A DNA stretch of 64,000 nt, taken from NCBI GenBank assembly GCA_964016885.1, contig OZ024744.1, forward strand, positions 2,604,001 through 2,668,000, in the 5' to 3' direction. This stretch comes from Eledone cirrhosa. Its lineage: Eukaryota. The notes under the pieces were generated by a model that worked only from the letters and a program-made list of their open reading frames with translations, searched no databases and was not told where the DNA came from. Both the position numbers and the translations under genes were made by a program. Shown in pieces: positions 1-14,200 of this stretch. How positions within the stretch are numbered: the stretch's first letter is position 1; each line of letters opens with the position of its first letter.

Positions 1-732
1 AGCTTGGTGAAGAACGAAGTATTGAGGGAAGTCTCGGTAGAGAAAGATAGCTTGGTGAAGAACGAAGTTTTGAGGGAAGACAAGGTAGAGAAAGATAGCT
101 TGGTGAAGAACGAGGTTTTGAGGGAAGACAAGGTAGAGAAAGATAGCTTGGTGAAGAACGACGTTTTGGGGGAAGAAAGGTAGAGAAAGATAGCTTGGTG
201 AAGAACAAAGTTTTGGGGGAAGACAAGGTAGAGAAAGATAGCTTGGTGAAGAACGAAGTATTGAGGGAAGACTCGGTAGAGAAAGATAGCTTGGTGAAGA
301 ACGAAGTTTTGAGGGAAGACAAGGTAGAGAAAGATAGCTTGGTGAAGAACGAGGTTTTGAGGGAAGACAAGGTAGAGAAAGATAGCTTGGTGAAGAACGA
401 AGTTTTGGGGGAAGACAAGGTAGAGAAAGATAGCTTCGTGAAGAACGAAGTTTTGAGGGAAGACAAGGTAGAGAAAGATAGCTTGGTGAAGAACGAAGTT
501 TTGGGGGAAGACAATGTAGAGAAAGATAGATTGCTGAAGAACGAAGTTTTGAGGGACGACAAAGTAGAGAAAGATAGCTTGGTGAAGAACGAAGTTTTGG
601 GGAAGACAAGGTAGAGAAAGATAGCTTGGTGAAGAACGAAGTTTTGGGGAAGACAATGTAGAGAAAGATAGCTTGGTGAAGAACGAAGTTTTGGGGGAAG
701 ACAAGGTAGAGAAAGATAGCTTGGTGAAGAAC

Positions 733-3078
733 TAAGTTTTGGGAGAAAACAAGGTAGAGAAAGATAGCTTGGTGAAGAACGAAGTTTTGAGGGAAGACAA
801 GGTAGAGAAAGATAGCTTGGTGAAGAACGACGTTTTGAGGGAAGACAAGGTAGAGAAAGATAGCTTGGTGAAGAACGACGTTTTGTGGGAAGACAAGGTA
901 GAGAAAGATAGCTTGGTGAAGAACGAAGTTTTGGGGGAAGACAAGGTAGAGAAAGATAGCTTGGTGAATAACGAAGTTTTGGGAGAAGACAAGGTCGAGA
1001 AAGATAGCTTGGTGAAGAACGAAATTTTGAGGGAAGACAAGGTAGAGAAAGATAGCTTGGTGAAGAACGACGTTTTGAGGGAAGACAAGATAGAGAAAGA
1101 TAGCTTGGTGAAGAACGACGTTTTGTGGGAAGACAAGGTGGAGAAAGATAGCTTGGTGAAGAACGAAGTTTTGGGGGAAGACAAGTTAGAGAAAGATAGC
1201 TTGGTGAAGAACGAAGTTTTGGTGGAAGACAAGGTAGAGAAAGATAGCTTGGTGAAGAACGATGTTTTGGGGAAGACAATGTAGAGAAAGATAGCTTGGT
1301 GGAGAACGAAGTTTTGGGGGAAGACAAGGTAGAGAAAGATAGCTTGGTGAAGAACGAAGTTTTGAGGGAAGACAAGGTAGAGAAAGATAGCTTGGTGAAT
1401 AACGAAGTTTTGGGAGAAGACAAGGTAGAGAAAGATAGTTGGTGAAGAACGAAGTTTTGAGGGAAGACAATTTAGAGAAAGATAGATTGGTGAAGAACGA
1501 CGTTTTGAGGGAAGACAAGGTAGAGAAAGATAGCTTGGTGAAGAACGACGTTTTGTGGGAAGACAAGGTAGAGAAAGATAGCTTGGTGAAGAACGAAGTT
1601 TTGGGGGAAGACAAGGTAGAGAAAGATAGCTTGGTGAATAACGAAATGTTGGGAGAAGACAAGGTCGAGAAAGATAGCTTGGTGAAGAACGAAATTTTGA
1701 GGGAAGACAATGTAGAGAAAGATAGCTTGGTGAAGAACGAAGTTTTGGGGGAAGACAAGGTAGAGAAAGATAGCTTGGTGAAGAACGAAGTTTTGGGGGA
1801 AGACAAGGTAGAGAAAGATAGCTTGGTGAAGAACGAAGTTTTGGGGGAAGACAAGGTAGAGAAAGATAGCTTGGTGAAGAACGAAGTTTTGGGGGAAGAC
1901 AAGGTAGAGAAAGATAGCTTGGTGAAGAACGAAGTTTTGTGGAAGACAATGTAGATAAAGATAGCTTGGTGAAGAACGAAGTTTTGGGGAAGACAAGGTA
2001 GAGAAAGATAGCTTGGTGAATAACGAAGTTTTGGGAGAAGACAAGGTAGAGAAAGATAGCTTGGTGAAGAACGAAGTTTTGAGGGAAGACAAGGTAGAGA
2101 AAGATAGCTTGGTGAAGAACGACATTTTGAGGGAAGACAAGGTAGAGAAAGATAGCTTGGTGAAGAACGACGTTTTGTGGGAAGACAAGGTAGAGAAAGA
2201 TAGCTTGGTGAAGAACGAAGTTTTGGGGGAAGACAAGGTAGAGAAAGATAGCTTGGTGAAGAACGAAGTTTTGGGGGAAGACAAGGTAGAGAAAGATAGC
2301 TTGGTGAAGAACGAAGTTTTGGGGGAAGACAAGGTAGAGAAAGATAGCTTGGTGAAGAACGAAGTGTTGGGGAAGACAATGTAGAGAAAGATAGCTTGGT
2401 GAAGAACGAAGTTTTGGGGGAAGACAAGGTAGAGAAAGATAGCTTGGTGAAGAACGAAGGTTTGAGGGAAGACAAGGTAGAGAAAGATAGCTTGGTGAAT
2501 AACAAAGTTTTGGGAGAAGACAAGGTCGAGAAAGATAGCTTGGTGAAGAACGAAGTTTTGAGGGTAGACAAGGTAGAGAAAGATAGCTTGGTGAAGAACG
2601 ACGTTTTGAGGGAAGACAAGATAGAGAAAGATAGCTTGGTGAAGAACGACGTTTTGTGGGTAGACAAGGTAGAGAAAGATAGCTTGGTGAAGAACGAAGT
2701 TTTGTGGGAAGACAAGGTAGAGGAAGATAGATTGGTGAAGAACGAAGTTTTGGGGGAAGACAAGGTAGAGAAAGATAGCTTGGTGAAGAACGAAGTTTTG
2801 GGGGAAGACAAGGTAGAGAAAGATAGCTTGGTGAAGAACGAAGTTTTGGGGGAAATCAAGGTAGAGAATAATAGTTTGGTGAAGAACGAAGTTTTGGGGG
2901 AAGACAAGGTAGAGAAAGATAGCTTGGTGAAGAACGACGTTTTGAGGGAAGACAAGGTAGAGAAAGATAGCTTGGTGAAGAACGAAGTTTTGGGGAAGAC
3001 AATGTAGAGAAAGATAGCTTGGTGAAGAACGAAGTTTTGGGGGAAGACAAGGTAGAGAAAGATAGCTTGGTGAAGAAC
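733..3078 (+). repeat. HOR type A unit, 49 monomers (2,346 bp)
   Basis: Bounded by the marker monomer AACTAAGTTTTGGGAGAAAAC (T at 733 and 3079). 2,346 = 49x48-6. Related copies start near 3079 (2,250 bp), 10591 (2,060 bp), 15282, 21505 (2,298 bp), 32564 (2,346 bp) and 40224. Diagnostic variants are GAAATGTTG, TTTTGTGGAAGACAATG and GACATTTTGAGG. Confidence 0.9.
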
Positions 3079-5328
3079 TAAGTTTTGGGAGAAAACAAGG
3101 TAGAGAAAGATAGCTTGGTGAAGAACGAAGTTTTGAGGGAAGACAAGGTAGAGAAAGATAGCTTGGTGAAGAACGACGTTTTGAGGGAAGACAAGGTAGA
3201 GAAAGATAGCTTGGTGAAGAACGACGTTTTGTGGGAAGACAAGGTAGAGAAAGATAGCTTGGTGAAGAACGACGTTTTGGGGGAAGACAAGGTAGAGAAA
3301 GATAGCTTGGTGAATAACGAAGTTTTGGGAGAAGACAAGGTCGAGAAAGATAGCTTGGTGAAGAACGAAATTTTGAGGGAAGACAAGGTAGAGAAGGATA
3401 GCAGGGTGAAGAACGACGTTTTGAGGGAAGACAAGATAGAGAAAGATAGCTTGGTGAAGAACGACGTTTTGTGGGAAGACAAGGTGGAGAAAGATAGCTT
3501 GGTGAAGAACGAAGTTTTGGGGGAAGACAAGTTAGAGAAAGATAGCTTGGTGAAGAACGAAGTTTTGGTGGAAGACAAGGTAGAGAAAGATAGCTTGGTG
3601 AAGAACGATGTTTTGGGGAAGACAATGTAGAGAAAGATAGCTTGGTGAAGAACGAAGTTTTGGGGGAAGACAAGGTAGAGAAAGATAGCTTGGTGAAGAA
3701 CGAAGTTTTGAGGGAAGACAAGGTAGAGAAAGATAGCTTGGTGAATAACGAAGTTTTGGGAGAAGACAAGGTAGAGAAAGATAGTTGGTGAAGAACGAAG
3801 TTTTGAGGGAAGACAATTTAGAGAAAGATAGATTGGTGAAGAACGACGTTTTGAGGGAAGACAAGGTAGAGAAAGATAGCTTGGTGAAGAACGGCGTTTT
3901 GTGGGAAGACAAGGTAGAGAAAGATAGCTTGGTGAAGAACGAAATTTTGAGGGAAGACAATGTAGAGAAAGATAGCTTGGTGAAGAACGAAGTTTTGGGG
4001 GAAGACAAGGTAGAGAAAGATAGCTTGGTGAAGAACGAAGTTTTGGGGGAAGACAAGGTAGAGAAAGATAGCTTGGTGAAGAACGAAGTTTTGGGGGAAG
4101 ACAAGGTAGAGAAAGATAGCTTGGTGAAGAACGAAGTTTTGGGGGAAGACAAGGTAGAGAAAGATAGCTTGGTGAAGAACGAAGTTTTGTGGAAGACAAT
4201 GTAGATAAAGATAGCTTGGTGAAGAACGAAGTTTTGGGGAAGACAAGGTAGAGAAAGATAGCTTGGTGAATAACGAAGTTTTGGGAGAAGACAAGGTAGA
4301 GAAAGATAGCTTGGTGAAGAACGAAGTTTTGAGGGAAGACAAGGTAGAGAAAGATAGCTTGGTGAAGAACGACATTTTGAGGGAAGACAAGGTAGAGAAA
4401 GATAGCTTGGTGAAGAACGACGTTTTGTGGGAAGACAAGGTAGAGAAAGATAGCTTGGTGAAGAACGAAGTTTTGGGGGAAGACAAGGTAGAGAAAGATA
4501 GCTTGGTGAAGAACGAAGTTTTGGGGGAAGACAAGGTAGAGAAAGATAGCTTGGTGAAGAACGAAGTTTTGGGGGAAGACAAGGTAGAGAAAGATAGCTT
4601 GGTGAAGAACGAAGTGTTGGGGAAGACAATGTAGAGAAAGATAGCTTGGTGAAGAACGAAGTTTTGGGGGAAGACAAGGTAGAGAAAGATAGCTTGGTGA
4701 AGAACGAAGGTTTGAGGGAAGACAAGGTAGAGAAAGATAGCTTGGTGAATAACAAAGTTTTGGGAGAAGACAAGGTCGAGAAAGATAGCTTGGTGAAGAA
4801 CGAAGTTTTGAGGGTAGACAAGGTAGAGAAAGATAGCTTGGTGAAGAACGACGTTTTGAGGGAAGACAAGATAGAGAAAGATAGCTTGGTGAAGAACGAC
4901 GTTTTGTGGGTAGACAAGGTAGAGAAAGATAGCTTGGTGAAGAACGAAGTTTTGTGGGAAGACAAGGTAGAGAAAGATAGATTGGTGAAGAACGAAGTTT
5001 TGGGGGAAGACAAGGTAGAGAAAGATAGCTTGGTGAAGAACGAAGTTTTGGGGGAAGACAAGGTAGAGAAAGATAGCTTGGTGAAGAACGAAGTTTTGGG
5101 GGAAATCAAGGTAGAGAATAATAGTTTGGTGAAGAACGAAGTTTTGGGGGAAGACAAGGTAGAGAAAGATAGCTTGGTGAAGAACGACGTTTTGAGGGAA
5201 GACAAGGTAGAGAAAGATAGCTTGGTGAAGAACGAAGTTTTGGGGAAGACAATGTAGAGAAAGATAGCTTGGTGAAGAACGAAGTTTTGGGGGAAGACAA
5301 GGTAGAGAAAGATAGCTTGGTGAAGAAC

Positions 5329-8300
5329 TAAGTTTTGGGAGAAAACAAGGTAGAGAAAGATAGCTTGGTGAAGAACGAAGTTTTGAGGGAAGACAAGGTA
5401 GAGAAAGATAGCTTGGTGAAGAACGACGTTTTGAGGGAAGACAAGGTAGAGAAAGATAGCTTGGTGAAGAACGACGTTTTGTGGGAAGACAAGGTAGAGA
5501 AAGATAGCTTGGTGAAGAACGACGTTTTGGGGGAAGACAAGGTAGAGAAAGATAGCTTGGTGAATAACGAAGTTTTGGGAGAAGACAAGGTCGAGAAAGA
5601 TAGCTTGGTGAAGAACGAAATTTTGAGGGAAGACAAGGTAGAGAAAGATAGCAGGGTGAAGAACGACGTTTTGAAGGAAGACAAGATAGAGAAAGATAGC
5701 TTGGTGAAGAACGACGTTTTGTGGGAAGACAAGGTGGAGAAAGATAGCTTGGTGAAGAACGAAGTTTTGGGGGAAGACAAGTTAGAGAAAGATAGCTTGG
5801 TGAAGAACGAAGTTTTGGTGGAAGACAAGGTAGAGAAAGATAGCTTGGTGAAGAACGATGTTTTGGGGAAGACAATGTAGAGAAAGATAGCTTGGTGAAG
5901 AACGAAGTTTTGGGGGAAGACAAGGTAGAGAAAGATAGCTTGGTGAAGAACGAAGTTTTGAGGGAAGACAAGGTAGAGAAAGATAGCTTGGTGAATAACG
6001 AAGTTTTGGGAGAAGACAAGGTAGAGAAAGATAGTTGGTGAAGAACGAAGTTTTGAGGGAAGACAATTTAGAGAAAGATAGATTGGTGAAGAACGACGTT
6101 TTGAGGGAAGACAAGGTAGAGAAAGATAGCTTGGTGAAGAACGGCGTTTTGTGGGAAGACAAGGTAGAGAAAGATAGCTTGGTGAAGAACGAAGTTTTGG
6201 GGGAAGACAAGGTAGAGAAAGATAGCTTGGTGAAGAACGAAGTTTTGGGGAAGACAATGTAGAGAAAGATAGCTTGGTGAAGAACGAAGTTTTGGGGGAA
6301 GACAAGGTAGAGAAAGATAGCTTGGTGAAGAACGAAGTTTTGAGGGAAGACAAGGTAGAGAAAGATAGCTTGGTGAATAACGAAGTTTTGGGAGAAGACA
6401 AGGTAGAGAAAGATAGCTTGGTGAAGAACGACGTTTTGAGGGAAGACAAGGTAGAGAAAGATAGCTTGGTGAAGAACGAAGTTTTGGGGAAGACAATGTA
6501 GAGAAAGATAGCTTGGTGAAGAACGAAGTTTTGGGGGAAGACAAGGTAGAGAAAGATAGCTTGGTGAAGAACGAAGTTTTGAGGGAAGACAAGGTAGAGA
6601 AAGATAGCTTGGTGAAGAACGAAGTTTTGGGGGAAGACAATGTAGAGAAAGATAGATTGCTGAAGAACGAAGTTTTGAGGGACGACAAAGTAGAGAAAGA
6701 TAGCTTGGTGAAGAACGAAGTTTTGGGGAAGACAAGGTAGAGAAAGATAGCTTGGTGAAGAACGAAGTTTTGAGGGAAGACAAGGTAGAGAAAGATAGCT
6801 TGGTGAAGAACGAGGTTTTGAGGGAAGACAAGGTAGAGAAAGATAGCTTGGTGAAGAACGACGTTTTGAGGGAAGACAAGGTAGAGAAAGATAGCTTGGT
6901 GAAGAACGACATTTTGGGGGAAGAAAGGTAGAGAAAGATAGCTTGGTGAAGAACAAAGTTTTGGGGGAAGACAAGGTATAGAAAGATAGCTTGGTGAAGA
7001 ACGAAGTATTGAGGGAAGACTCGGTAGAGAAAGATAGCTTGGTGAAGAACGAAGTTTTGAGGGAAGACAAGGTAGAGAAAGATAGCTTGGTGAAGAACGA
7101 GGTTTTGAGGGAAGACAAGGTAGAGAAAGATAGCTTGGTGAAGAACGACGTTTTGGGGGAAGAAAGGTAGAGAAAGATAGCTTGGTGAAGAACAAAGTTT
7201 TGGGGGAAGACAAGGTAGAGAAAGATAGCTTGGTGAAGAACGAAGTGTTGGGGAAGACAATGTAGAGAAAGATAGCTTGGTGAAGAACGAAGTTTTGGGG
7301 GAAGACAAGGTAGAGAAAGATAGCTTGGTGAAGAACGAAGGTTTGAGGGAAGACAAGGTAGAGAAAGATAGCTTGGTGAATAACAAAGTTTTGGGAGAAG
7401 ACAAGGTCGAGAAAGATAGCTTGGTGAAGAACGAAGTTTTGAGGGTAGACAAGGTAGAGAAAGATAGCTTGGTGAAGAACGACGTTTTGAGGGAAGACAA
7501 GATAGAGAAAGATAGCTTGGTGAAGAACGACGTTTTGTGGGAAGACAAGGTAGAGAAAGATAGCTTGGTGAAGAACGAAGTTTTGTGGGAAGACAAGGTA
7601 GAGAAAGATAGCTTGGTGAAGAACGAAGTTTTGGGGGAAGACAAGGTAGAGAAAGATAGCTTGGTGAAGAACGAAGTTTTGGGGGAAGACAAGGTAGAGA
7701 AAGATAGCTTGGTGAAGAACGAAGTTTTGGGGGAAATCAAGGTAGAGAATAATAGTTTGGTGAAGAACGAAGTTTTGGGGGAAGACAAGGTAGAGAAAGA
7801 TAGCTTGGTGAAGAACGACGTTTTGAGGGAAGACAAGGTAGAGAAAGATAGCTTGGTGAAGAACGAAGTTTTGGGGAAGACAATGTAGAGAAAGATAGCT
7901 TGGTGAAGAACGAAGTTTTGGGGGAAGACAAGGTAGAGAAAGATAGCTTGGTGAAGAACTAAGTTTTGGGAGAAAACAAGGTAGAGAAAGATAGCTTGGT
8001 GAAGAACGAAGTTTTGAGGGAAGACAAGGTAGAGAAAGATAGCTTGGTGAAGAACGACGTTTTGAGGGAAGACAAGGTAGAGAAAGATAGCTTGGTGAAG
8101 AACGACGTTTTGTGGGAAGACAAGGTAGAGAAAGATAGCTTGGTGAAGAACGACGTTTTGGGGGAAGACAAGGTAGAGAAAGATAGCTTGGTGAATAACG
8201 AAGTTTTGGGAGAAGACAAGGTCGAGAAAGATAGCTTGGTGAAGAACGAAATTTTGAGGGAAGACAAGGTAGAGAAAGATAGCAGGGTGAAGAACGACGT

Positions 8301-10590
8301 TTTGAGGGAAGACAAGATAGAGAAAGATAGCTTGGTGAAGAACGACGTTTTGTGGGAAGACAAGGTGGAGAAAGATAGCTTGGTGAAGAACGAAGTTTTG
8401 GGGGAAGACAAGTTAGAGAAAGATAGCTTGGTGAAGAACGAAGTTTTGGTGGAAGACAAGGTAGAGAAAGATAGCTTGGTGAAGAACGATGTTTTGGGGA
8501 AGACAATGTAGAGAAAGATAGCTTGGTGAAGAACGAAGTTTTGGGGGAAGACAAGGTAGAGAAAGATAGCTTGGTGAAGAACGAAGTTTTGAGGGAAGAC
8601 AAGGTAGAGAAAGATAGCTTGGTGAATAACGAAGTTTTGGGAGAAGACAAGGTAGAGAAAGATAGTTGGTGAAGAACGAAGTTTTGAGGGAAGACAATTT
8701 AGAGAAAGATAGATTGGTGAAGAACGACGTTTTGAGGGAAGACAAGGTAGAGAAAGATAGCTTGGTGAAGAACGGCGTTTTGTGGGAAGACAAGGTAGAG
8801 AAAGATAGCTTGGTGAAGAACGAAGTTTTGGGGGAAGACAAGGTAGAGAAAGATAGCTTGGTGAAGAACGAAGTTTTGGGGAAGACAATGTAGAGAAAGA
8901 TAGCTTGGTGAAGAACGAAGTTTTGGGGGAAGACAAGGTAGAGAAAGATAGCTTGGTGAAGAACGAAGTTTTGAGGGAAGACAAGGTAGAGAAAGATAGC
9001 TTGGTGAATAACGAAGTTTTGGGAGAAGACAAGGTAGAGAAAGATAGCTTGGTGAAGAACGACGTTTTGAGGGAAGACAAGGTAGAGAAAGATAGCTTGG
9101 TGAAGAACGAAGTTTTGGGGAAGACAATGTAGAGAAAGATAGCTTGGTGAAGAACGAAGTTTTGGGGGAAGACAAGGTAGAGAAAGATAGCTTGGTGAAG
9201 AACGAAGTTTTGAGGGAAGACAAGGTAGAGAAAGATAGCTTGGTGAAGAACGAAGTTTTGGGGGAAGACAATGTAGAGAAAGATAGATTGCTGAAGAACG
9301 AAGTTTTGAGGGACGACAAAGTAGAGAAAGATAGCTTGGTGAAGAACGAAGTTTTGGGGAAGACAAGGTAGAGAAAGATAGCTTGGTGAAGAACGAAGTT
9401 TTGAGGGAAGACAAGGTAGAGAAAGATAGCTTGGTGAAGAACGAGGTTTTGAGGGAAGACAAGGTAGAGAAAGATAGCTTGGTGAAGAACGACGTTTTGA
9501 GGGAAGACAAGGTAGAGAAAGATAGCTTGGTGAAGAACGACATTTTGGGGGAAGAAAGGTAGAGAAAGATAGCTTGGTGAAGAACAAAGTTTTGGGGGAA
9601 GACAAGGTATAGAAAGATAGCTTGGTGAAGAACGAAGTATTGAGGGAAGACTCGGTAGAGAAAGATAGCTTGGTGAAGAACGAAGTTTTGAGGGAAGACA
9701 AGGTAGAGAAAGATAGCTTGGTGAAGAACGAGGTTTTGAGGGAAGACAAGGTAGAGAAAGATAGCTTGGTGAAGAACGACGTTTTGGGGGAAGAAAGGTA
9801 GAGAAAGATAGCTTGGTGAAGAACAAAGTTTTGGGGGAAGACAAGGTAGAGAAAGATAGCTTGGTGAAGAACGAAGTGTTGGGGAAGACAATGTAGAGAA
9901 AGATAGCTTGGTGAAGAACGAAGTTTTGGGGGAAGACAAGGTAGAGAAAGATAGCTTGGTGAAGAACGAAGGTTTGAGGGAAGACAAGGTAGAGAAAGAT
10001 AGCTTGGTGAATAACAAAGTTTTGGGAGAAGACAAGGTCGAGAAAGATAGCTTGGTGAAGAACGAAGTTTTGAGGGTAGACAAGGTAGAGAAAGATAGCT
10101 TGGTGAAGAACGACGTTTTGAGGGAAGACAAGATAGAGAAAGATAGCTTGGTGAAGAACGACGTTTTGTGGGAAGACAAGGTAGAGAAAGATAGCTTGGT
10201 GAAGAACGAAGTTTTGTGGGAAGACAAGGTAGAGAAAGATAGCTTGGTGAAGAACGAAGTTTTGGGGGAAGACAAGGTAGAGAAAGATAGCTTGGTGAAG
10301 AACGAAGTTTTGGGGGAAGACAAGGTAGAGAAAGATAGCTTGGTGAAGAACGAAGTTTTGGGGGAAATCAAGGTAGAGAATAATAGTTTGGTGAAGAACG
10401 AAGTTTTGGGGGAAGACAAGGTAGAGAAAGATAGCTTGGTGAAGAACGACGTTTTGAGGGAAGACAAGGTAGAGAAAGATAGCTTGGTGAAGAACGAAGT
10501 TTTGGGGAAGACAATGTAGAGAAAGATAGCTTGGTGAAGAACGAAGTTTTGGGGGAAGACAAGGTAGAGAAAGATAGCTTGGTGAAGAAC
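5329..10590 (+). repeat. Two tandem HOR type B-short units, 55 monomers each (2,631 bp)
   Basis: ORF starts 5335/7966, 6035/8666, 6513/9144 and 7277/9908 are all offset by 2,631 = 55x48-9. A third copy spans 12651-15281. Confidence 0.92.
6035..6751 (+). repeat. Three consecutive 239-bp 5-monomer sub-units inside HOR type B
   Basis: The 75-aa ORFs start at 6035, 6274 and 6513 (spacing 239 = 5x48-1), and each ends in a monomer with G4 instead of G5. The same spacing occurs at 8666, 13357, 18286, 24509, 35616, 43084, 46148, 50264, 56533 and 59453. Confidence 0.8.
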
Positions 10591-11279
10591 TAAGTTTTGG
10601 GAGAAAACAAGGTAGAGAAAGATAGCTTGGTGAAGAACGAAGTTTTGAGGGAAGACAAGGTAGAGAAAGATAGCTTGGTGAAGAACGACGTTTTGAGGGA
10701 AGACAAGGTAGAGAAAGATAGCTTGGTGAAGAACGACGTTTTGTGGGAAGACAAGGTAGAGAAAGATAGCTTGGTGAAGAACGAAGTTTTGGGGGAAGAC
10801 AAGGTAGAGAAAGATAGCTTGGTGAATAACGAAGTTTTGGGAGAAGACAAGGTCGAGAAAGATAGCTTGGTGAAGAACGAAATTTTGAGGGAAGACAAGG
10901 TAGAGAAAGATAGCTTGGTGAAGAACGACGTTTTGAGTGAAGACAAGATAGAGAAAGATAGCTTGGTGAAGAACGACGTTTTGTGGGAAGACAAGGTGGA
11001 GAAAGATAGCTTGGTGAAGAACGAAGTTTTGGGGGAAGACAAGTTAGAGAAAGATAGCTTGGTGAAGAACGACGTTTTGAGGGAAGACAAGGTAGAGAAA
11101 GATAGCTTGGTGAAGAACGACGTTTTGTGGGAAGACAAGGTAGAGAAAGATAGCTTGGTGAAGAACGAAGTTTTGGGGGAAGACAAGGTAGAGAAAGATA
11201 GCTTGGTGAATAACGAAATGTTGGGAGAAGACAAGGTCGAGAAAGATAGCTTGGTGAAGAACGAAATTTTGAGGGAAGA

Positions 11280-14200
11280 CAATGTAGAGAAAGATAGCTT
11301 GGTGAAGAACGAAGTTTTGGGGGAAGACAAGGTAGAGAAAGATAGCTTGGTGAAGAACGAAGTTTTGGGGGAAGACAAGGTAGAGAAAGATAGCTTGGTG
11401 AAGAACGAAGTTTTGGGGGAAGACAAGGTAGAGAAAGATAGCTTGGTGAAGAACGAAGTTTTGGGGGAAGACAAGGTAGAGAAAGATAGCTTGGTGAAGA
11501 ACGAAGTTTTGTGGAAGACAATGTAGATAAAGATAGCTTGGTGAAGAACGAAGTTTTGGGGAAGACAAGGTAGAGAAAGATAGCTTGGTGAATAACGAAG
11601 TTTTGGGAGAAGACAAGGTAGAGAAAGATAGCTTGGTGAAGAACGAAGTTTTGAGGGAAGACAAGGTAGAGAAAGATAGCTTGGTGAAGAACGACATTTT
11701 GAGGGAAGACAAGGTAGAGAAAGATAGCTTGGTGAAGAACGACGTTTTGTGGGAAGACAAGGTAGAGAAAGATAGCTTGGTGAAGAACGAAGTTTTGGGG
11801 GAAGACAAGGTAGAGAAAGATAGCTTGGTGAAGAACGAAGTTTTGGGGGAAGACAAGGTAGAGAAAGATAGCTTGGTGAAGAACGAAGTTTTGGGGGAAG
11901 ACAAGGTAGAGAAAGATAGCTTGGTGAAGAACGAAGTGTTGGGGAAGACAATGTAGAGAAAGATAGCTTGGTGAAGAACGAAGTTTTGGGGGAAGACAAG
12001 GTAGAGAAAGATAGCTTGGTGAAGAACGAAGGTTTGAGGGAAGACAAGGTAGAGAAAGATAGCTTGGTGAATAACAAAGTTTTGGGAGAAGACAAGGTCG
12101 AGAAAGATAGCTTGGTGAAGAACGAAGTTTTGAGGGTAGACAAGGTAGAGAAAGATAGCTTGGTGAAGAACGACGTTTTGAGGGAAGACAAGATAGAGAA
12201 AGATAGCTTGGTGAAGAACGACGTTTTGTGGGTAGACAAGGTAGAGAAAGATAGCTTGGTGAAGAACGAAGTTTTGTGGGAAGACAAGGTAGAGAAAGAT
12301 AGATTGGTGAAGAACGAAGTTTTGGGGGAAGACAAGGTAGAGAAAGATAGCTTGGTGAAGAACGAAGTTTTGGGGGAAGACAAGGTAGAGAAAGATAGCT
12401 TGGTGAAGAACGAAGTTTTGGGGGAAATCAAGGTAGAGAATAATAGTTTGGTGAAGAACGAAGTTTTGGGGGAAGACAAGGTAGAGAAAGATAGCTTGGT
12501 GAAGAACGACGTTTTGAGGGAAGACAAGGTAGAGAAAGATAGCTTGGTGAAGAACGAAGTTTTGGGGAAGACAATGTAGAGAAAGATAGCTTGGTGAAGA
12601 ACGAAGTTTTGGGGGAAGACAAGGTAGAGAAAGATAGCTTGGTGAAGAACTAAGTTTTGGGAGAAAACAAGGTAGAGAAAGATAGCTTGGTGAAGAACGA
12701 AGTTTTGAGGGAAGACAAGGTAGAGAAAGATAGCTTGGTGAAGAACGACGTTTTGAGGGAAGACAAGGTAGAGAAAGATAGCTTGGTGAAGAACGACGTT
12801 TTGTGGGAAGACAAGGTAGAGAAAGATAGCTTGGTGAAGAACGACGTTTTGGGGGAAGACAAGGTAGAGAAAGATAGCTTGGTGAATAACGAAGTTTTGG
12901 GAGAAGACAAGGTCGAGAAAGATAGCTTGGTGAAGAACGAAATTTTGAGGGAAGACAAGGTAGAGAAAGATAGCAGGGTGAAGAACGACGTTTTGAGGGA
13001 AGACAAGATAGAGAAAGATAGCTTGGTGAAGAACGACGTTTTGTGGGAAGACAAGGTGGAGAAAGATAGCTTGGTGAAGAACGAAGTTTTGGGGGAAGAC
13101 AAGTTAGAGAAAGATAGCTTGGTGAAGAACGAAGTTTTGGTGGAAGACAAGGTAGAGAAAGATAGCTTGGTGAAGAACGATGTTTTGGGGAAGACAATGT
13201 AGAGAAAGATAGCTTGGTGAAGAACGAAGTTTTGGGGGAAGACAAGGTAGAGAAAGATAGCTTGGTGAAGAACGAAGTTTTGAGGGAAGACAAGGTAGAG
13301 AAAGATAGCTTGGTGAATAACGAAGTTTTGGGAGAAGACAAGGTAGAGAAAGATAGTTGGTGAAGAACGAAGTTTTGAGGGAAGACAATTTAGAGAAAGA
13401 TAGATTGGTGAATAACGACGTTTTGAGGGAAGACAAGGTAGAGAAAGATAGCTTGGTGAAGAACGGCGTTTTGTGGGAAGACAAGGTAGAGAAAGATAGC
13501 TTGGTGAAGAACGAAGTTTTGGGGGAAGACAAGGTAGAGAAAGATAGCTTGGTGAAGAACGAAGTTTTGGGGAAGACAATGTAGAGAAAGATAGCTTGGT
13601 GAAGAACGAAGTTTTGGGGGAAGACAAGGTAGAGAAAGATAGCTTGGTGAAGAACGAAGTTTTGAGGGAAGACAAGGTAGAGAAAGATAGCTTGGTGAAT
13701 AACGAAGTTTTGGGAGAAGACAAGGTAGAGAAAGATAGCTTGGTGAAGAACGACGTTTTGAGGGAAGACAAGGTAGAGAAAGATAGCTTGGTGAAGAACG
13801 AAGTTTTGGGGAAGACAATGTAGAGAAAGATAGCTTGGTGAAGAACGAAGTTTTGGGGGAAGACAAGGTAGAGAAAGATAGCTTGGTGAAGAACGAAGTT
13901 TTGAGGGAAGACAAGGTAGAGAAAGATAGCTTGGTGAAGAACGAAGTTTTGGGGGAAGACAATGTAGAGAAAGATAGATTGCTGAAGAACGAAGTTTTGA
14001 GGGACGACAAAGTAGAGAAAGATAGCTTGGTGAAGAACGAAGTTTTGGGGAAGACAAGGTAGAGAAAGATAGCTTGGTGAAGAACGAAGTTTTGAGGGAA
14101 GACAAGGTAGAGAAAGATAGCTTGGTGAAGAACGAGGTTTTGAGGGAAGACAAGGTAGAGAAAGATAGCTTGGTGAAGAACGACGTTTTGAGGGAAGACA

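Noticed and set aside
1740-1900. G-quadruplex from four consecutive G5 monomers
   Set aside because: The loops would be 43 nt, far beyond the canonical 1-7 nt. Only weak two-tier GG motifs are otherwise available.
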